58,074 bases of DNA, from positions 1 to 58,074 of IMG/VR virus record IMGVR_UViG_3300011337_000184, one strand, 5' to 3'. The position numbers were made by a program, and so were the translations under genes. Each line of letters begins with the position of its first letter. Position 1 is the stretch's first letter. Source of the stretch: a virus. Its lineage: Duplodnaviria > Caudoviricetes. Below the pieces are notes generated by a model. It had not been told where the DNA came from. It searched no databases and saw nothing but the letters and a program-made list of their open reading frames with translations. Below, in pieces: positions 46,312 through 55,531 of this stretch.

Positions 46312-48609
46312 TTACTTCCCCTGTTTGCGGAGTTGCATTGCCAGCTTTACGGCGTCTGCGGCGTGGTCACGCTGCTGCATATCACGTTCGTGCTGCATCC
46401 GAACAGCATCATTCATCTGGTCGCGGTCCATGCGCATTTGTTCAACCCGCAAATCCTTTTCTCGGTCGAGGTCGCGGTTCTGGTCGTTCATCTGGTCACG
46501 CTGCATGGAGAACTCCATCTGGCGCGCCTTGTTTTGCTCGGCCATCATCTTGGATGGGTCCACGGGCTGCCCCTGCGGACCCTGCGGTGCGCCAGATTTT
46601 GACTGCGCGCCGATCATGGCTGCCTGCGCACGCATGGTGTCGGCGTCGGCCCTCTGGTGGGCGATCTTGATCTCCTCAACGCCCTTCAGGAACTCAGGCG
46701 GCGGCTGCTTGGCTTCGGCGGGCTTGAGGAATTGCTCAGGGTTCGACCAGCCGATGGCACGCAGCGCGGCCTTGTCGATGGCTTCCTCGTCATACATCTG
46801 CGGGTTTGCGGCCTGCAGTTGCTTCAACGCCATGATCTTCATCACGCGCTGGGCGTGGCTTGACGTGTTCGGGTCTGCCTGCGGCACCAGTTCCACGTCG
46901 TTCAGCGCCTGCATGAACAATTCCTCATTCCACTGGACGGTGGGCTTGCGGTTGCGCTGCCAGAAACTTTCGGGATGCTCACGGAAGCACTTCAGAAGCA
47001 GGGAAAATTCCTCAGCCTGCGCTGAGTGCATCCGCTTGTGGACGGCGTTCATAATCTTGGTGGCTTGGTCGATCATCGCCAGTGTGGTGCCGACGGGCGC
47101 ATCTGCACGGCCCTCACCCACCTGAGCCTCGGACGTGCCGCCGACACGCATACCAGTCTGAGACATGTTCTCCACCAGTGACATCAGCGCGCCCGATGGC
47201 TCCTTGTACGGCAGCGGCATCACGGCCTGATTGATTGGCATTCCGCCAGTCTTGATCTGCGCCGACCCGCCAGGCGGGATGCGGAATATGTTTGTGTTTT
47301 GGCGCGATCCAGTGTCGCTGACCAGAAACCCTGGGAAGTTGGCGTACATGCCAGCGTCCAGCAGTTCTCGCCACGCGGCGGTGATGGCGTTGGTGGTGTT
47401 GCCGAGGATGTGCAGCAGGCCGATGTCGTAAAAGCCAAGGCCTGGGACAAATGTATACTTCACAAAGTTGGTGCGCGCCTCTGGCAGGTCTGCGGTGTCC
47501 TGATCAAAGTTGCGGGTGATTGACAGGATTTTGCGCGACGACACGTCAATGGTGACGCGGTACGGGATTTCAAGGCCGCTGGCCTTGCCCTTGTACTTGT
47601 GTTCATATCCGCTGATGTCCAACTCGCAATAGACCTCGTAAATCTCGCGGTCGCGGTCTTCTGGGTTGGCCGACGTGGCGGTGATGCCCTGCTGCGAACT
47701 CTTAGCGTCCTGCGCGGCGTCGGGCGAAATCTCCTGCGGCGTGGACAGGTCGGTGTCATCATAGACGCCAATGATCTGCAGGCGCTTGACCGTACTGGGG
47801 CGCATGTACACGCGGTGCGTGACGCGCTTGGCGTTGGACAGGTCAGTGGCGGCGCTGTTGACGATCAGGTTGTCGGCGTCCACGCTCTCGCTGACGGGGC
47901 GGTTGCGCAGCGGGCAGAAGTAAACCTTCTTGAACGACGTGCCACCAAAACCCAGCATCAGCAACATGCGGTCTGTGTCTGGGTAATACTCCCGCGCCGT
48001 GCTGGTCAGATAGTGGTTCATGTCCTTCTCAAGCGCGTTGGCGATCTCGTCGCGCTGCAGCGTGCTGCCGTTGGCATCATCCCGAATCTTCACGGGGCCG
48101 TCGGTAGGCAGCAGTTCGGAGCGTGCGTTGGCCTGAAAGCGCAGGACGGCTTCCTGCAGCAGCGGGTGGCGAACCTTTGACATGCCTTCAATCGGCGCGC
48201 CGTCAGCCGCACCATTCAGCCCAGGGATTTCAATCTTGAGGCCCAGCAGCTTGATGCCTTGGGCGCGATCTTCGATCCACTCGCTGCGGCTCTCAAGGTC
48301 ATCCTCGACGCCACGGATCAGGTCGTCGGCAATGTTTTGCAGTTCTTCGTCGTCAATCTCGCTAACAAGGTTGTCAAACCAGCCCTCTGGGGGCGTCTTC
48401 TCGTTGTCGGCGTCCTTGAGTGGCTTACCATCCAGCGACAGCGTGATTGAGCCGTCGCCGTGTTCGATCTTGAGGATCGCACCGTCTTGGGAAATTTCTG
48501 GAATGTCTTCAGGCTCCGCGTCATCATGCTCAACGGTTACATCCATCGGGCCAATCGCGGCATCAGCTTCATCATCATGCATACGGATATTTGGGTTCAA
48601 GCCTGACAT
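46312..48609 (-). CDS. Portal protein
   Basis: SRSEW, HPLLQEAVLRFQA, GTSFKKVY, YTFVPGLGFY.IGL.H, LLDAG, APVGTTLA; downstream of terminase. Confidence 0.9.
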   Translation of the reverse strand: MSGLNPNIRMHDDEADAAIGPMDVTVEHDDAEPEDIPEISQDGAILKIEHGDGSITLSLDGKPLKDADNEKTPPEGWFDNLVSEIDDEELQNIADDLIRGVEDDLESRSEWIEDRAQGIKLLGLKIEIPGLNGAADGAPIEGMSKVRHPLLQEAVLRFQANARSELLPTDGPVKIRDDANGSTLQRDEIANALEKDMNHYLTSTAREYYPDTDRMLLMLGFGGTSFKKVYFCPLRNRPVSESVDADNLIVNSAATDLSNAKRVTHRVYMRPSTVKRLQIIGVYDDTDLSTPQEISPDAAQDAKSSQQGITATSANPEDRDREIYEVYCELDISGYEHKYKGKASGLEIPYRVTIDVSSRKILSITRNFDQDTADLPEARTNFVKYTFVPGLGFYDIGLLHILGNTTNAITAAWRELLDAGMYANFPGFLVSDTGSRQNTNIFRIPPGGSAQIKTGGMPINQAVMPLPYKEPSGALMSLVENMSQTGMRVGGTSEAQVGEGRADAPVGTTLAMIDQATKIMNAVHKRMHSAQAEEFSLLLKCFREHPESFWQRNRKPTVQWNEELFMQALNDVELVPQADPNTSSHAQRVMKIMALKQLQAANPQMYDEEAIDKAALRAIGWSNPEQFLKPAEAKQPPPEFLKGVEEIKIAHQRADADTMRAQAAMIGAQSKSGAPQGPQGQPVDPSKMMAEQNKARQMEFSMQRDQMNDQNRDLDREKDLRVEQMRMDRDQMNDAVRMQHERDMQQRDHAADAVKLAMQLRKQGK

Positions 48610-48664
48610 TGTATTCCCTCAAAGGTAATGGCTGCGCCCACATTAGCAGACGCAGCCACGAATA

Positions 48665-48904
48665 TCAACGCACCCCGTTTCTAGACAGGATTTTGATCAT
48701 CGTCCGCTTTACCATAAGCTGGTACTTTAGGCGGCTGACTTTTTTTGTGTCATGGTCCCACTGGGCGTCATGCTTTTCCGTCAGTATGGCGTCGATCTCG
48801 TCCCGAAGGCCGATGGCGATCCTGTCCCTGTCCATCTGATTGGCGGGGATGTCCCCAAGGCGCGAGAGTGCGGCCTTCTTGATTTGCTGGTGGCTTGAGG
48901 TCAC
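48665..48904 (-). CDS. Hypothetical protein
   Basis: GTGA overlap with upstream ORF. Confidence 0.5.
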   Translation of the reverse strand: MTSSHQQIKKAALSRLGDIPANQMDRDRIAIGLRDEIDAILTEKHDAQWDHDTKKVSRLKYQLMVKRTMIKILSRNGVR

Positions 48905-49566
48905 TCAAACACCGCCTCCACGGGGTTGTCAGCTAATTCTTCAAGCATTTTTGCAGCCTTCCTCATTACATCTGGGTTGTCCTTGAACGCTCCAAGTCCC
49001 CTGTTGCAGTGAGCGCACAAGATAAACCTGACGCGCCCACTTTTGTGGCAGTGATCAGTATTCCAGCCCGCCTTTGAACCAGCGTCCGTGGATTCACAAA
49101 TAGCGCACTTACACCCTTGGGCATTAAACATGGCCTGCCATTGTTCTGGCGTCATGCCGTAATTTGCCTTCAGTCTTGTGCGCCGTTTCTTGTCTGGGTC
49201 TGCATTTTTTCTTGCGTAATCACGAGCATATTCTCGGCTTTTTTCAAGGTTTTTGTAATAGTGCTTTTTTGCCCTTTCCCTGCCACTTTTTGCTTTATCC
49301 TCTTCACTCATGCGAGGCCTACATTTCCTTCCATCTGGCTTGCCTATTACCTCGCGCTTTGCTTTGCGGCGATTCACGGTGCGCTTTGAGTGGCAAGATA
49401 CACACCAAGGGATATGCCCGCGAATAAGTTTTGGGTTTTTGTAGAACCCGCACTCTGGTGAATTAACTCCGCAGTTGGCGCAGGTGTACTGTGCGTACAC
49501 CCGCTTTTCATTTTCACCCAAAGATGGCTGGGGTAGGATCGGTTGATTGCCCTTGATATTTTCCAC
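48901..49566 (-). CDS. Endonuclease VII-like homing endonuclease
   Basis: YGMTPEQW..M...QG.KCAIC...DHCHKSGRVRFILCAHCNRGLG.FKDNP; N-terminal CxxC pairs. Confidence 0.85.
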   Translation of the reverse strand: MENIKGNQPILPQPSLGENEKRVYAQYTCANCGVNSPECGFYKNPKLIRGHIPWCVSCHSKRTVNRRKAKREVIGKPDGRKCRPRMSEEDKAKSGRERAKKHYYKNLEKSREYARDYARKNADPDKKRRTRLKANYGMTPEQWQAMFNAQGCKCAICESTDAGSKAGWNTDHCHKSGRVRFILCAHCNRGLGAFKDNPDVMRKAAKMLEELADNPVEAVFE

Positions 49567-50008
49567 TGTAAGACGCCTTTGAACTTGTCTGATGAAAGAT
49601 CACTTGCGCAATACCCGCTCCTGCGGGAATGTGCAGACCTTCTCGTCCATGATATACAAGTTCAAGGGTAAGTCCACCGCAAAATCCACTTTCTATAACG
49701 GTGTTAAACACCGACAGCCCCTGACGCGCCCATGTGCTTTTGTCATGCACGATGCCAACCAAGTCGGACGGCATCTGGAACTCTTCGATGGCGCTGGCGA
49801 GGCAGAAGTCGCCTTGTGAAAATTTACCGTCTACAATCACCCCTGACAGGTAGTCTTTATCTGGCTTGTAGAACACAACATCCTGCTTGATGCGGATGTC
49901 GTACCCCGCCTCGGACAGGCCAAAAGACACGCCATGTTGGCGCATCTTGTCGTTGATCATGCCCTTGATGGGCGCTGCCTCAATCAATTGTCTGCCGTTG
50001 ATAATCAT
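49514..50008 (-). CDS. dcd: dCTP deaminase / trimeric dUTPase family
   Basis: SFGLSEAGYDIR, DKSTWARQG, TVIESGFCGGLTLEL, GIAQVIF, YSGKYQGQ. Confidence 0.85.
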   Translation of the reverse strand: MIINGRQLIEAAPIKGMINDKMRQHGVSFGLSEAGYDIRIKQDVVFYKPDKDYLSGVIVDGKFSQGDFCLASAIEEFQMPSDLVGIVHDKSTWARQGLSVFNTVIESGFCGGLTLELVYHGREGLHIPAGAGIAQVIFHQTSSKASYSGKYQGQSTDPTPAIFG

Positions 50009-50334
50009 TTCACATCCTCCAAATGCGCCGTTGATACCCCGTTGCAGGTGTCGATGCGTAGGACTGCGATGCGATCTTCGCTGGCAAACTCGTCTGCCCC
50101 ATCTCGTGTTAAATATGTGCCACGGGGGTATATGTTGATCCATCGTGATTCGACCACAGGCGCTGGCTTGCCACGGTAGACGACACCCATATCCCAAGAG
50201 GGGCAATCGGCAGGACACCACCCTTTGAAAAGATAATATTCCCACCCGTGGGGCCAGTGGATCAACGCAGTCTGTTCATCCTCACTCATCAAGGAAAACG
50301 GGACGCGGTTTGTTGTTGGATCAAAATCAGTCAT
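50005..50334 (-). CDS. Hypothetical protein
   Basis: ATGA coupling at both ends. Confidence 0.65.
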   Translation of the reverse strand: MTDFDPTTNRVPFSLMSEDEQTALIHWPHGWEYYLFKGWCPADCPSWDMGVVYRGKPAPVVESRWINIYPRGTYLTRDGADEFASEDRIAVLRIDTCNGVSTAHLEDVK

Positions 50335-50495
50335 TTCTGCACCCCCATCACACAGTCGCCGCTTCGCCACTCGTATCCCGCCTTGATGCAGGTTTGCATC
50401 GGGCTAGGGATGAGAAACCAGATTACTCCGCACAGGGCCAACGCCATACACACAACCATGGCCACAAAGTCTTTTGCCTCTTCACTCATAATCAT
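50331..50495 (-). CDS. Small membrane protein
   Basis: TM segment FVAMVVCMALALCGVIWFLI then C...G.EW...C. Confidence 0.55.
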   Translation of the reverse strand: MIMSEEAKDFVAMVVCMALALCGVIWFLIPSPMQTCIKAGYEWRSGDCVMGVQK

Positions 50496-50658
50496 TTTCC
50501 TCAAACTCTTCGACAAAGCGGCGGATGCCCTCCATCGCCATGGATGTCTCACACTCGCCCGTGATGACGTAGGTGCGGGTGACCCCGCTGTGATCCCCCG
50601 CGCCCACCACCGTCACCGTGTCTCCGTCAATTGTAGCGTTGCACAGAATCCGATTCAT
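50482..50658 (-). CDS. Hypothetical protein
   Basis: GAGGGG RBS. Confidence 0.6.
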   Translation of the reverse strand: MNRILCNATIDGDTVTVVGAGDHSGVTRTYVITGECETSMAMEGIRRFVEEFEENDYE

Positions 50659-50890
50659 CGGCTTCCCCCCTCTTTGCTTCAATCATATGAACACCCACCT
50701 CCTGAAACATCCCGATGACATCAAGGATTGTGTCCGCCTCATGGCCCTCAACAGAAAAACTAAGTGTGACTACGGCCAGCCCAACGGTTGCGGCCTCAAC
50801 GATGTCAGAAGGCTTAAAGTTTCCATTTAAGCCCTCGGCCATAATGAATTCCGCAATGTTAGAGGCAAGCAGTCTCATGGCGTCTGTCAT
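50627..50890 (-). CDS. Hypothetical helical protein
   Basis: GGAG RBS, ATGA coupling. Confidence 0.6.
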   Translation of the reverse strand: MTDAMRLLASNIAEFIMAEGLNGNFKPSDIVEAATVGLAVVTLSFSVEGHEADTILDVIGMFQEVGVHMIEAKRGEADESDSVQRYN

Positions 50891-51120
50891 TTTTGCGCTC
50901 CGATTGTCTCTTCAAACACTTCAGCCACCGCATCGACCAATGAGGCCTTAAGCTTGGCAAGGTCAGCGTCATCCTTCTTCAAGGCAAACGCCATGATGAC
51001 AAGGGAAACGACCATTGCGTTGATCATCTCATTAGCTGTCATGCCATTGTCCTGGCCATATTCAAGCGCCATAGTCCCAACGGCCTCGGCCATATCGGTA
51101 ATCTTATTAATGTCGTCCAT
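50887..51120 (-). CDS. Hypothetical helical protein
   Basis: GAGGT RBS after terL stop. Confidence 0.6.
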   Translation of the reverse strand: MDDINKITDMAEAVGTMALEYGQDNGMTANEMINAMVVSLVIMAFALKKDDADLAKLKASLVDAVAEVFEETIGAQK

Positions 51121-51130
51121 AATCCATACC

Positions 51131-52771
51131 TCACACGTTGTAGAGCGGCACATCCCCGTTCCCATGGAACTGCTTGCTGCCCTCGATTTCAGCCATCCGT
51201 TCTGCGGCTCGTGTAAGCATACCCACATCCCGCAAGTGTTTCAAGGCCATTGACACAGTATCCACAAGATCGTCGTGCTTTCCGCGTGGGAATGACGATG
51301 TCTGCCGAATCACCATCTCGGCCCAGTCTTTGTTTGGCGCGTACACCATGCCCTCGCTGAAGATGTGCTGCACGGAGTATAGGCGCGCCACCTTATCGAG
51401 GGTCTTTGGATCATACATCTGGACAGTGAAGTCCTCATTTCCAAACAGACGCCGCATCTCCTGCGCCACCGAATGACCCGCAGCCTTGTTTTCGATTAAA
51501 AGCACATCGACCTTCATACGTTTGCATATGTCCGCCACCTTCTCTGTCAGGTCATGCACCTCAAGCTTATCCTGCCACGCGTACATCAGCATGGCCTTTG
51601 GCACGGGGCCGAGCGCCGATGACTGGAAGCTGCGGGTGACATCCATCTGCCTGCCGTATCGGTCCACTGATCTGGTCGCCGCCGAATCGGAACTGCCGCC
51701 GAACACGCCCCAGATCGTCAAGGCGCTGGGGTCGTTCTCGGCCTTGATGGTGTATGCGGTGTCAAGAGATGCCACGATGTACTCGATGGGCGGATATTCC
51801 GCACGTTCCCACAGTTGCCACCAACTGTCCTTCACAATTCCGCCGCCCCGTGGCTCAGGTGACTGCGCATACTGGCCTGCAGTCGCATATGGCCCCATCG
51901 CCGCCTCGTCGCGGTCAACGACGTGTTCTGGGAAGCGGTCGGGGAACAACAACTCTCCGTCGTCTTCGCGGGGGTCTTCGTATCCCAGCATCGTCGGCGT
52001 CGACCGCAGCGGATCATACCGCATCGGCAGCATGATGTGATCATACCCCATGCCGCCAGCGTCGAGGATGACGCCAGACACGTCCAGTTCGTGCAGTCGT
52101 TGCATCACCACCACGATGGCTGATCGGTCAGGGTTGTTGAGGCGCGAGGTCACGGCTTCCTTGAATAGGTCAGTCGTGGTCTTCCGCTTGGCTTCCGAGT
52201 TTGCGTCATCCACCGAATGCGGATCGTCTATGATCACGCGGTCGCCACGGTAACCTGTGATCCCCGTAAAGGCGCACGCCTGCCGTGACCCTGTGGCGGT
52301 CGTCTCAAACTTGCCCTTGGCGTTCTGATCGCCCACCAGTTTGACGCGGTTGCCCCAGTGGCCCTGATACCATTCATCACTGACCAGTCGCCGCATTCGC
52401 AGGCTGTCACGCAGGGCAAGTTCAAGGCTGTGCGAGGCGCAGACATACCGCATCGACGGCATGTTCTTCGGACCCCATTCCCACGCGGGCCAGAACACGC
52501 CGACCAGCAGCGACTTCATGGTGCCTGGCGGTACGTTGGTCAGCAGGCGGTTGTAATACGTGCCGTCGTCCAAGATCACGCCGTCCGTGATGGCCTCAAG
52601 GTGCGCGCAGATGAAGTCGATGTGCCAGCCGTGGACGTAGGGCTGCTCAGGCTCGATGACATGCCACGCGGCCTTCACAAACGCGGCCAGAGATATCTCA
52701 CAGCGCCGCTTCTCGATCACCTTGCGCTGCGCCACCGCGTCGATGGCAAACGGAAGCTTAATTACTGACAT
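51131..52771 (-). CDS. terL: Terminase large subunit
   Basis: NVPPGTMKS, ITGYRGDRVIIDDPH, VVMQRLHE.D, SLDTA, LIENKAAG, DKVAR, FPRGKHDDLVD. Confidence 0.95.
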   Translation of the reverse strand: MSVIKLPFAIDAVAQRKVIEKRRCEISLAAFVKAAWHVIEPEQPYVHGWHIDFICAHLEAITDGVILDDGTYYNRLLTNVPPGTMKSLLVGVFWPAWEWGPKNMPSMRYVCASHSLELALRDSLRMRRLVSDEWYQGHWGNRVKLVGDQNAKGKFETTATGSRQACAFTGITGYRGDRVIIDDPHSVDDANSEAKRKTTTDLFKEAVTSRLNNPDRSAIVVVMQRLHELDVSGVILDAGGMGYDHIMLPMRYDPLRSTPTMLGYEDPREDDGELLFPDRFPEHVVDRDEAAMGPYATAGQYAQSPEPRGGGIVKDSWWQLWERAEYPPIEYIVASLDTAYTIKAENDPSALTIWGVFGGSSDSAATRSVDRYGRQMDVTRSFQSSALGPVPKAMLMYAWQDKLEVHDLTEKVADICKRMKVDVLLIENKAAGHSVAQEMRRLFGNEDFTVQMYDPKTLDKVARLYSVQHIFSEGMVYAPNKDWAEMVIRQTSSFPRGKHDDLVDTVSMALKHLRDVGMLTRAAERMAEIEGSKQFHGNGDVPLYNV

Positions 52772-53243
52772 CGAGAATTTTTTCCAGCGTCTCCAGTTCC
52801 TCAAGCGACAAGTTCGACACGTCGATGGTGTTCTGCACTTTGATGGGCGCGTCTTCAACGCCGCCAAGGAATGTCTTGTCGCCGTATTTCTTGGGGTTCA
52901 TGCGGCCCAGCGCCCACTTGCGCGAGTCAACGCGAAGGCGGCTGCGCTGCACATGCTCACCATTCAGCACCACCGATGTCGGGTCTTCCGAGTTGCGCAA
53001 CATGAAGTCATTGGTGCCATCGTCCGCGATGTCCATGATTTCCTCAAACATCGCATCGGCCCGCATTTGCATAGCGCGTGAGTATTGCGCCGAACGATCA
53101 GGGTCTGCGTTCAAAATTTTCATCAGCGTGCTAATAGCTGGCATGCGTCCGTCTTTGCAAATAGTGCGGACACTCTCGCCCGTCACCATCCGCTCACAGA
53201 TTTCGTCAAACAGTTCATCGGTCATATCGAATATAACAGGCAT
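52758..53243 (-). CDS. terS: Terminase small subunit
   Basis: ICERMVTGESVRTICKDGRMPAIST...Y.RA...IAD...RLRVDSRKW.L..M.PKKYGD. Confidence 0.9.
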   Translation of the reverse strand: MPVIFDMTDELFDEICERMVTGESVRTICKDGRMPAISTLMKILNADPDRSAQYSRAMQMRADAMFEEIMDIADDGTNDFMLRNSEDPTSVVLNGEHVQRSRLRVDSRKWALGRMNPKKYGDKTFLGGVEDAPIKVQNTIDVSNLSLEELETLEKILDVSN

Positions 53244-53402
53244 AGCCGCCACCTCATTTATGGGATGGCGGCAATGTAGCATGTTCAGGCTCGACAGTCC
53301 AGTTGAGGGTGCGCGGCCTCGGTGGGGAGTTTTTACACCTTGCCGCGCTGATGTGGATTGCGCCGTCAAACTGGCGCGGCTCTCACACCTGACCGCCAGC
53401 AT

Positions 53403-53951
53403 TTACCCGCTGGTCAGGGCAACCGAGCGGCGCAGCTTGGTCTTCATCTTCTGCGCCACATTGAACGGGACGGCCATGCGCCCCATTTCATAATTCATTA
53501 CCAAGTGGACGTGCATGCCAAGGGCAAACGATAGGTCGCTGCGCGTAAGCTGCATCTTCCTGCGCGTCTCCTTAAAATCTTCCTTGGTCATGTATGGCTC
53601 GATCACGCCGCTGCGCTGCAGGGACGCCCGTGCGATGTCCTCACCCAACTCGGTCAGGAAGTACACGCGCTGCATTGGATCGGCCTGCGGCCCGATTGGC
53701 TTGGCCACGCCCTTTCGACACATCAGGGCCAGTGATAGGGTTGCCTCCCGTGGCGCAAGGCCCAGACGGCGGCTTAACTCTCCCGCCGTCCACATCACAA
53801 ATTCCTTCCGTGACTTGTGCCAGAATGCGTTCATCATAAAACGCATATCGTGATCCAGTGACTGCGTCAGGTTTGCCGCTTTGATATCCTCGGCCCAACT
53901 TTCCCGCAGCGCATCCTCGTTCCAACTTTCAAACATATCGCTCATGCTCAT
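53403..53951 (-). CDS. Winged-helix plus XRE HTH DNA-binding protein
   Basis: TAGELSRRLGL...YFLTELGE; FKETRRKMQLTRSDLSFALG...NYEMG. Confidence 0.6.
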   Translation of the reverse strand: MSMSDMFESWNEDALRESWAEDIKAANLTQSLDHDMRFMMNAFWHKSRKEFVMWTAGELSRRLGLAPREATLSLALMCRKGVAKPIGPQADPMQRVYFLTELGEDIARASLQRSGVIEPYMTKEDFKETRRKMQLTRSDLSFALGMHVHLVMNYEMGRMAVPFNVAQKMKTKLRRSVALTSG

Positions 53952-54286
53952 CAATCCAATCTGCAGCCAGCGGCTGCGTTAAAGCCCGCCTCTTTTAACA
54001 CGTTTGCCGCCGCCACAGCGCCAACGTACTTTGCGTCCATGTTTTGCAACGATGAATTTGACGGGTTCCACATGGAAAACCTCTTTCCCGTGTAATCCAG
54101 TTTGAACCCCATCTCGGTCAGCGTGGCGCGCTCGGCCTTGCCATCCTTGGTGTTGCCCTTGTGCTTCGGCGTGACGTCAACCCACGCGAACCCGCAGGGG
54201 TAATCGTCTTCGCCGCCAAGATACAGTTGCAGGTATCCCTCAGTCGCAACATCTGCCGCAGCTTTTGCCATCTCAATAATCGTCAT
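53951..54286 (-). CDS. Conserved early phage protein
   Basis: YPCGFAWV...Q.MD.K..GA.AAA.VL...RLD; GGAGA RBS. Confidence 0.7.
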   Translation of the reverse strand: MTIIEMAKAAADVATEGYLQLYLGGEDDYPCGFAWVDVTPKHKGNTKDGKAERATLTEMGFKLDYTGKRFSMWNPSNSSLQNMDAKYVGAVAAANVLKEAGFNAAAGCRLD

Positions 54287-54370
54287 CTCAGTCTCTCCAG
54301 TTTGGTGAGGCACCATGCCCCGTGTGACCTCAGTAACATACCCCATCGAGGCCAGCAACAACTATTTTCA
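54287..54370 (-). promoter_or_regulatory. Early promoter / stem-loop / RBS cassette, copy B
   Basis: TGAAAATAGTTG-TTGCTG...ATGTTACTGAGGTCACA...GGGGCATGGTGCCTC-ACCAAACTGGAGAGA. Confidence 0.6.
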
Positions 54371-54862
54371 TGGATAAGGCAATCTTCCGTACTTGATCGC
54401 CCGCTCGGCCTTGGCCCTGAACCCACGCGACCCGATGATTTTAATGTATCGGTGTTTACGTGGCCGTGGTGCCAGATAGAAATCATCGCCGTATTTGTCC
54501 CGCATGACCTGCGCCTGATACACCACGCCACGGTGGCCCTGACTGATGTCGGCAAAGGAGATCACGATGTGGTCGCCGCCGATCATCCGCAGGCTGGCTG
54601 ACACCAGCATCGACGCGTCGTTCTTGATGTTGTGATCCAGCACCAATCTGTTCAATTCCAACACAGACCCCGCAAAATCGGCCCCCGCGATGCCATTGCG
54701 CAGAGGGCTGGATGCTGGGGTGCCATACGTCACACAGCCCACCAGCGCCCCATCCCTGAACAGCCCGAATGCGTGGCTGATCGAGGGCCAGCGGTGGGCG
54801 TAATGCACCCCCAACACCAGCCTCTCGCACTCCGCCCGCGTGATCTTAGAAATTATAATCAT
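54368..54862 (-). CDS. mom: Mom-like GNAT DNA adenine-modification protein (possibly internally deleted)
   Basis: HYAHR, FGLF..G.LVG.VTYG.P, LELNRL, ISFAD..QGH.G.VYQA, KHRY. Confidence 0.7.
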   Translation of the reverse strand: MIIISKITRAECERLVLGVHYAHRWPSISHAFGLFRDGALVGCVTYGTPASSPLRNGIAGADFAGSVLELNRLVLDHNIKNDASMLVSASLRMIGGDHIVISFADISQGHRGVVYQAQVMRDKYGDDFYLAPRPRKHRYIKIIGSRGFRAKAERAIKYGRLPYP

Positions 54863-55157
54863 AATACCGACGTGGCTCTTCGGACACCACGTAGCGGTCA
54901 CCGTTGCGGTCATACCACTTGCCATCCTTGCGCAGTCGGATGCGGATCACCGGGCCGTCGAGTTTCGGGGTGATTTCCCACCGCTGATCCTCACCATTGG
55001 CCACGTTGCCCAAAAACCCACCGCCGAAGAATTTCTTCTCCCACTCCAGTTCGACCGCCGCCATCTCGCGCACTTCAAGCAATTTGTCATTCACCACGCG
55101 GATAACCTCGAAGGGGTGGATGTCGGTCCAGCCAATCATGTTTGCGTATTTCGTCAT
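54846..55157 (-). CDS. Conserved early phage protein
   Basis: GGAGA RBS; ends RYYDYNF. Confidence 0.7.
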   Translation of the reverse strand: MTKYANMIGWTDIHPFEVIRVVNDKLLEVREMAAVELEWEKKFFGGGFLGNVANGEDQRWEITPKLDGPVIRIRLRKDGKWYDRNGDRYVVSEEPRRYYDYNF

Positions 55158-55225
55158 GTTTTCTCTCCAGTTTGTGTTTCGGATGTGACCTCAATAACAT
55201 CACCAATGGGCATTGCAAGCGAAAA
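55158..55225 (-). promoter_or_regulatory. Early promoter / RBS cassette, copy C
   Basis: TTGCAA-16 nt-TATTGAGGTCACA...CAAACTGGAGAGA, shared with copy B. Confidence 0.55.
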
Positions 55226-55531
55226 GTGGATAGTGACTTTATAGTGTAGTGGTCACTAAGAACTTTTTGATACCTAAGTCATTGATAAATATAAGAAATA
55301 TAGATAGTATATAGTGTATATAGTATATAGTATATATATATATATATCTCTTTGTCTCTTCCTTTTTATTTATATAGGGGGGGTACCCCCTATCTATGTA
55401 TCTGTGTATATGTGTGTATCTATCTACTATCCACACTAACTACTAATTACTTGCCACAATATTGTTTGCATTCAATAACTTAGGCATAAAAAAGTGCGTA
55501 GCAGACACCCACTACGCACTCCACTAACTAC
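55226..55531. other. AT-rich non-coding region, putative replication origin
   Basis: TA runs, TAGT(G)/(C)ACTA repeats in opposite orientation on each side, central palindrome, two inverted IHF-like sites. Confidence 0.6.

Noticed and set aside
50627-51120. Two adjacent helical ORFs as paralogues
   Set aside because: Similar hydrophobic pattern, but identity too low to support by eye
52758-52867. Programmed frameshift fusing TerS and TerL (long ORF overlap)
   Set aside because: TerL has a natural ATG at 52771 giving an ordinary 14-nt overlap; the upstream extension looks non-coding
55300-55430. CRISPR array or coding sequence (55239..55436 ORF) in the AT-rich tract
   Set aside because: No regular repeat-spacer pattern; the ORF is low-complexity Ile/Tyr from TA runs
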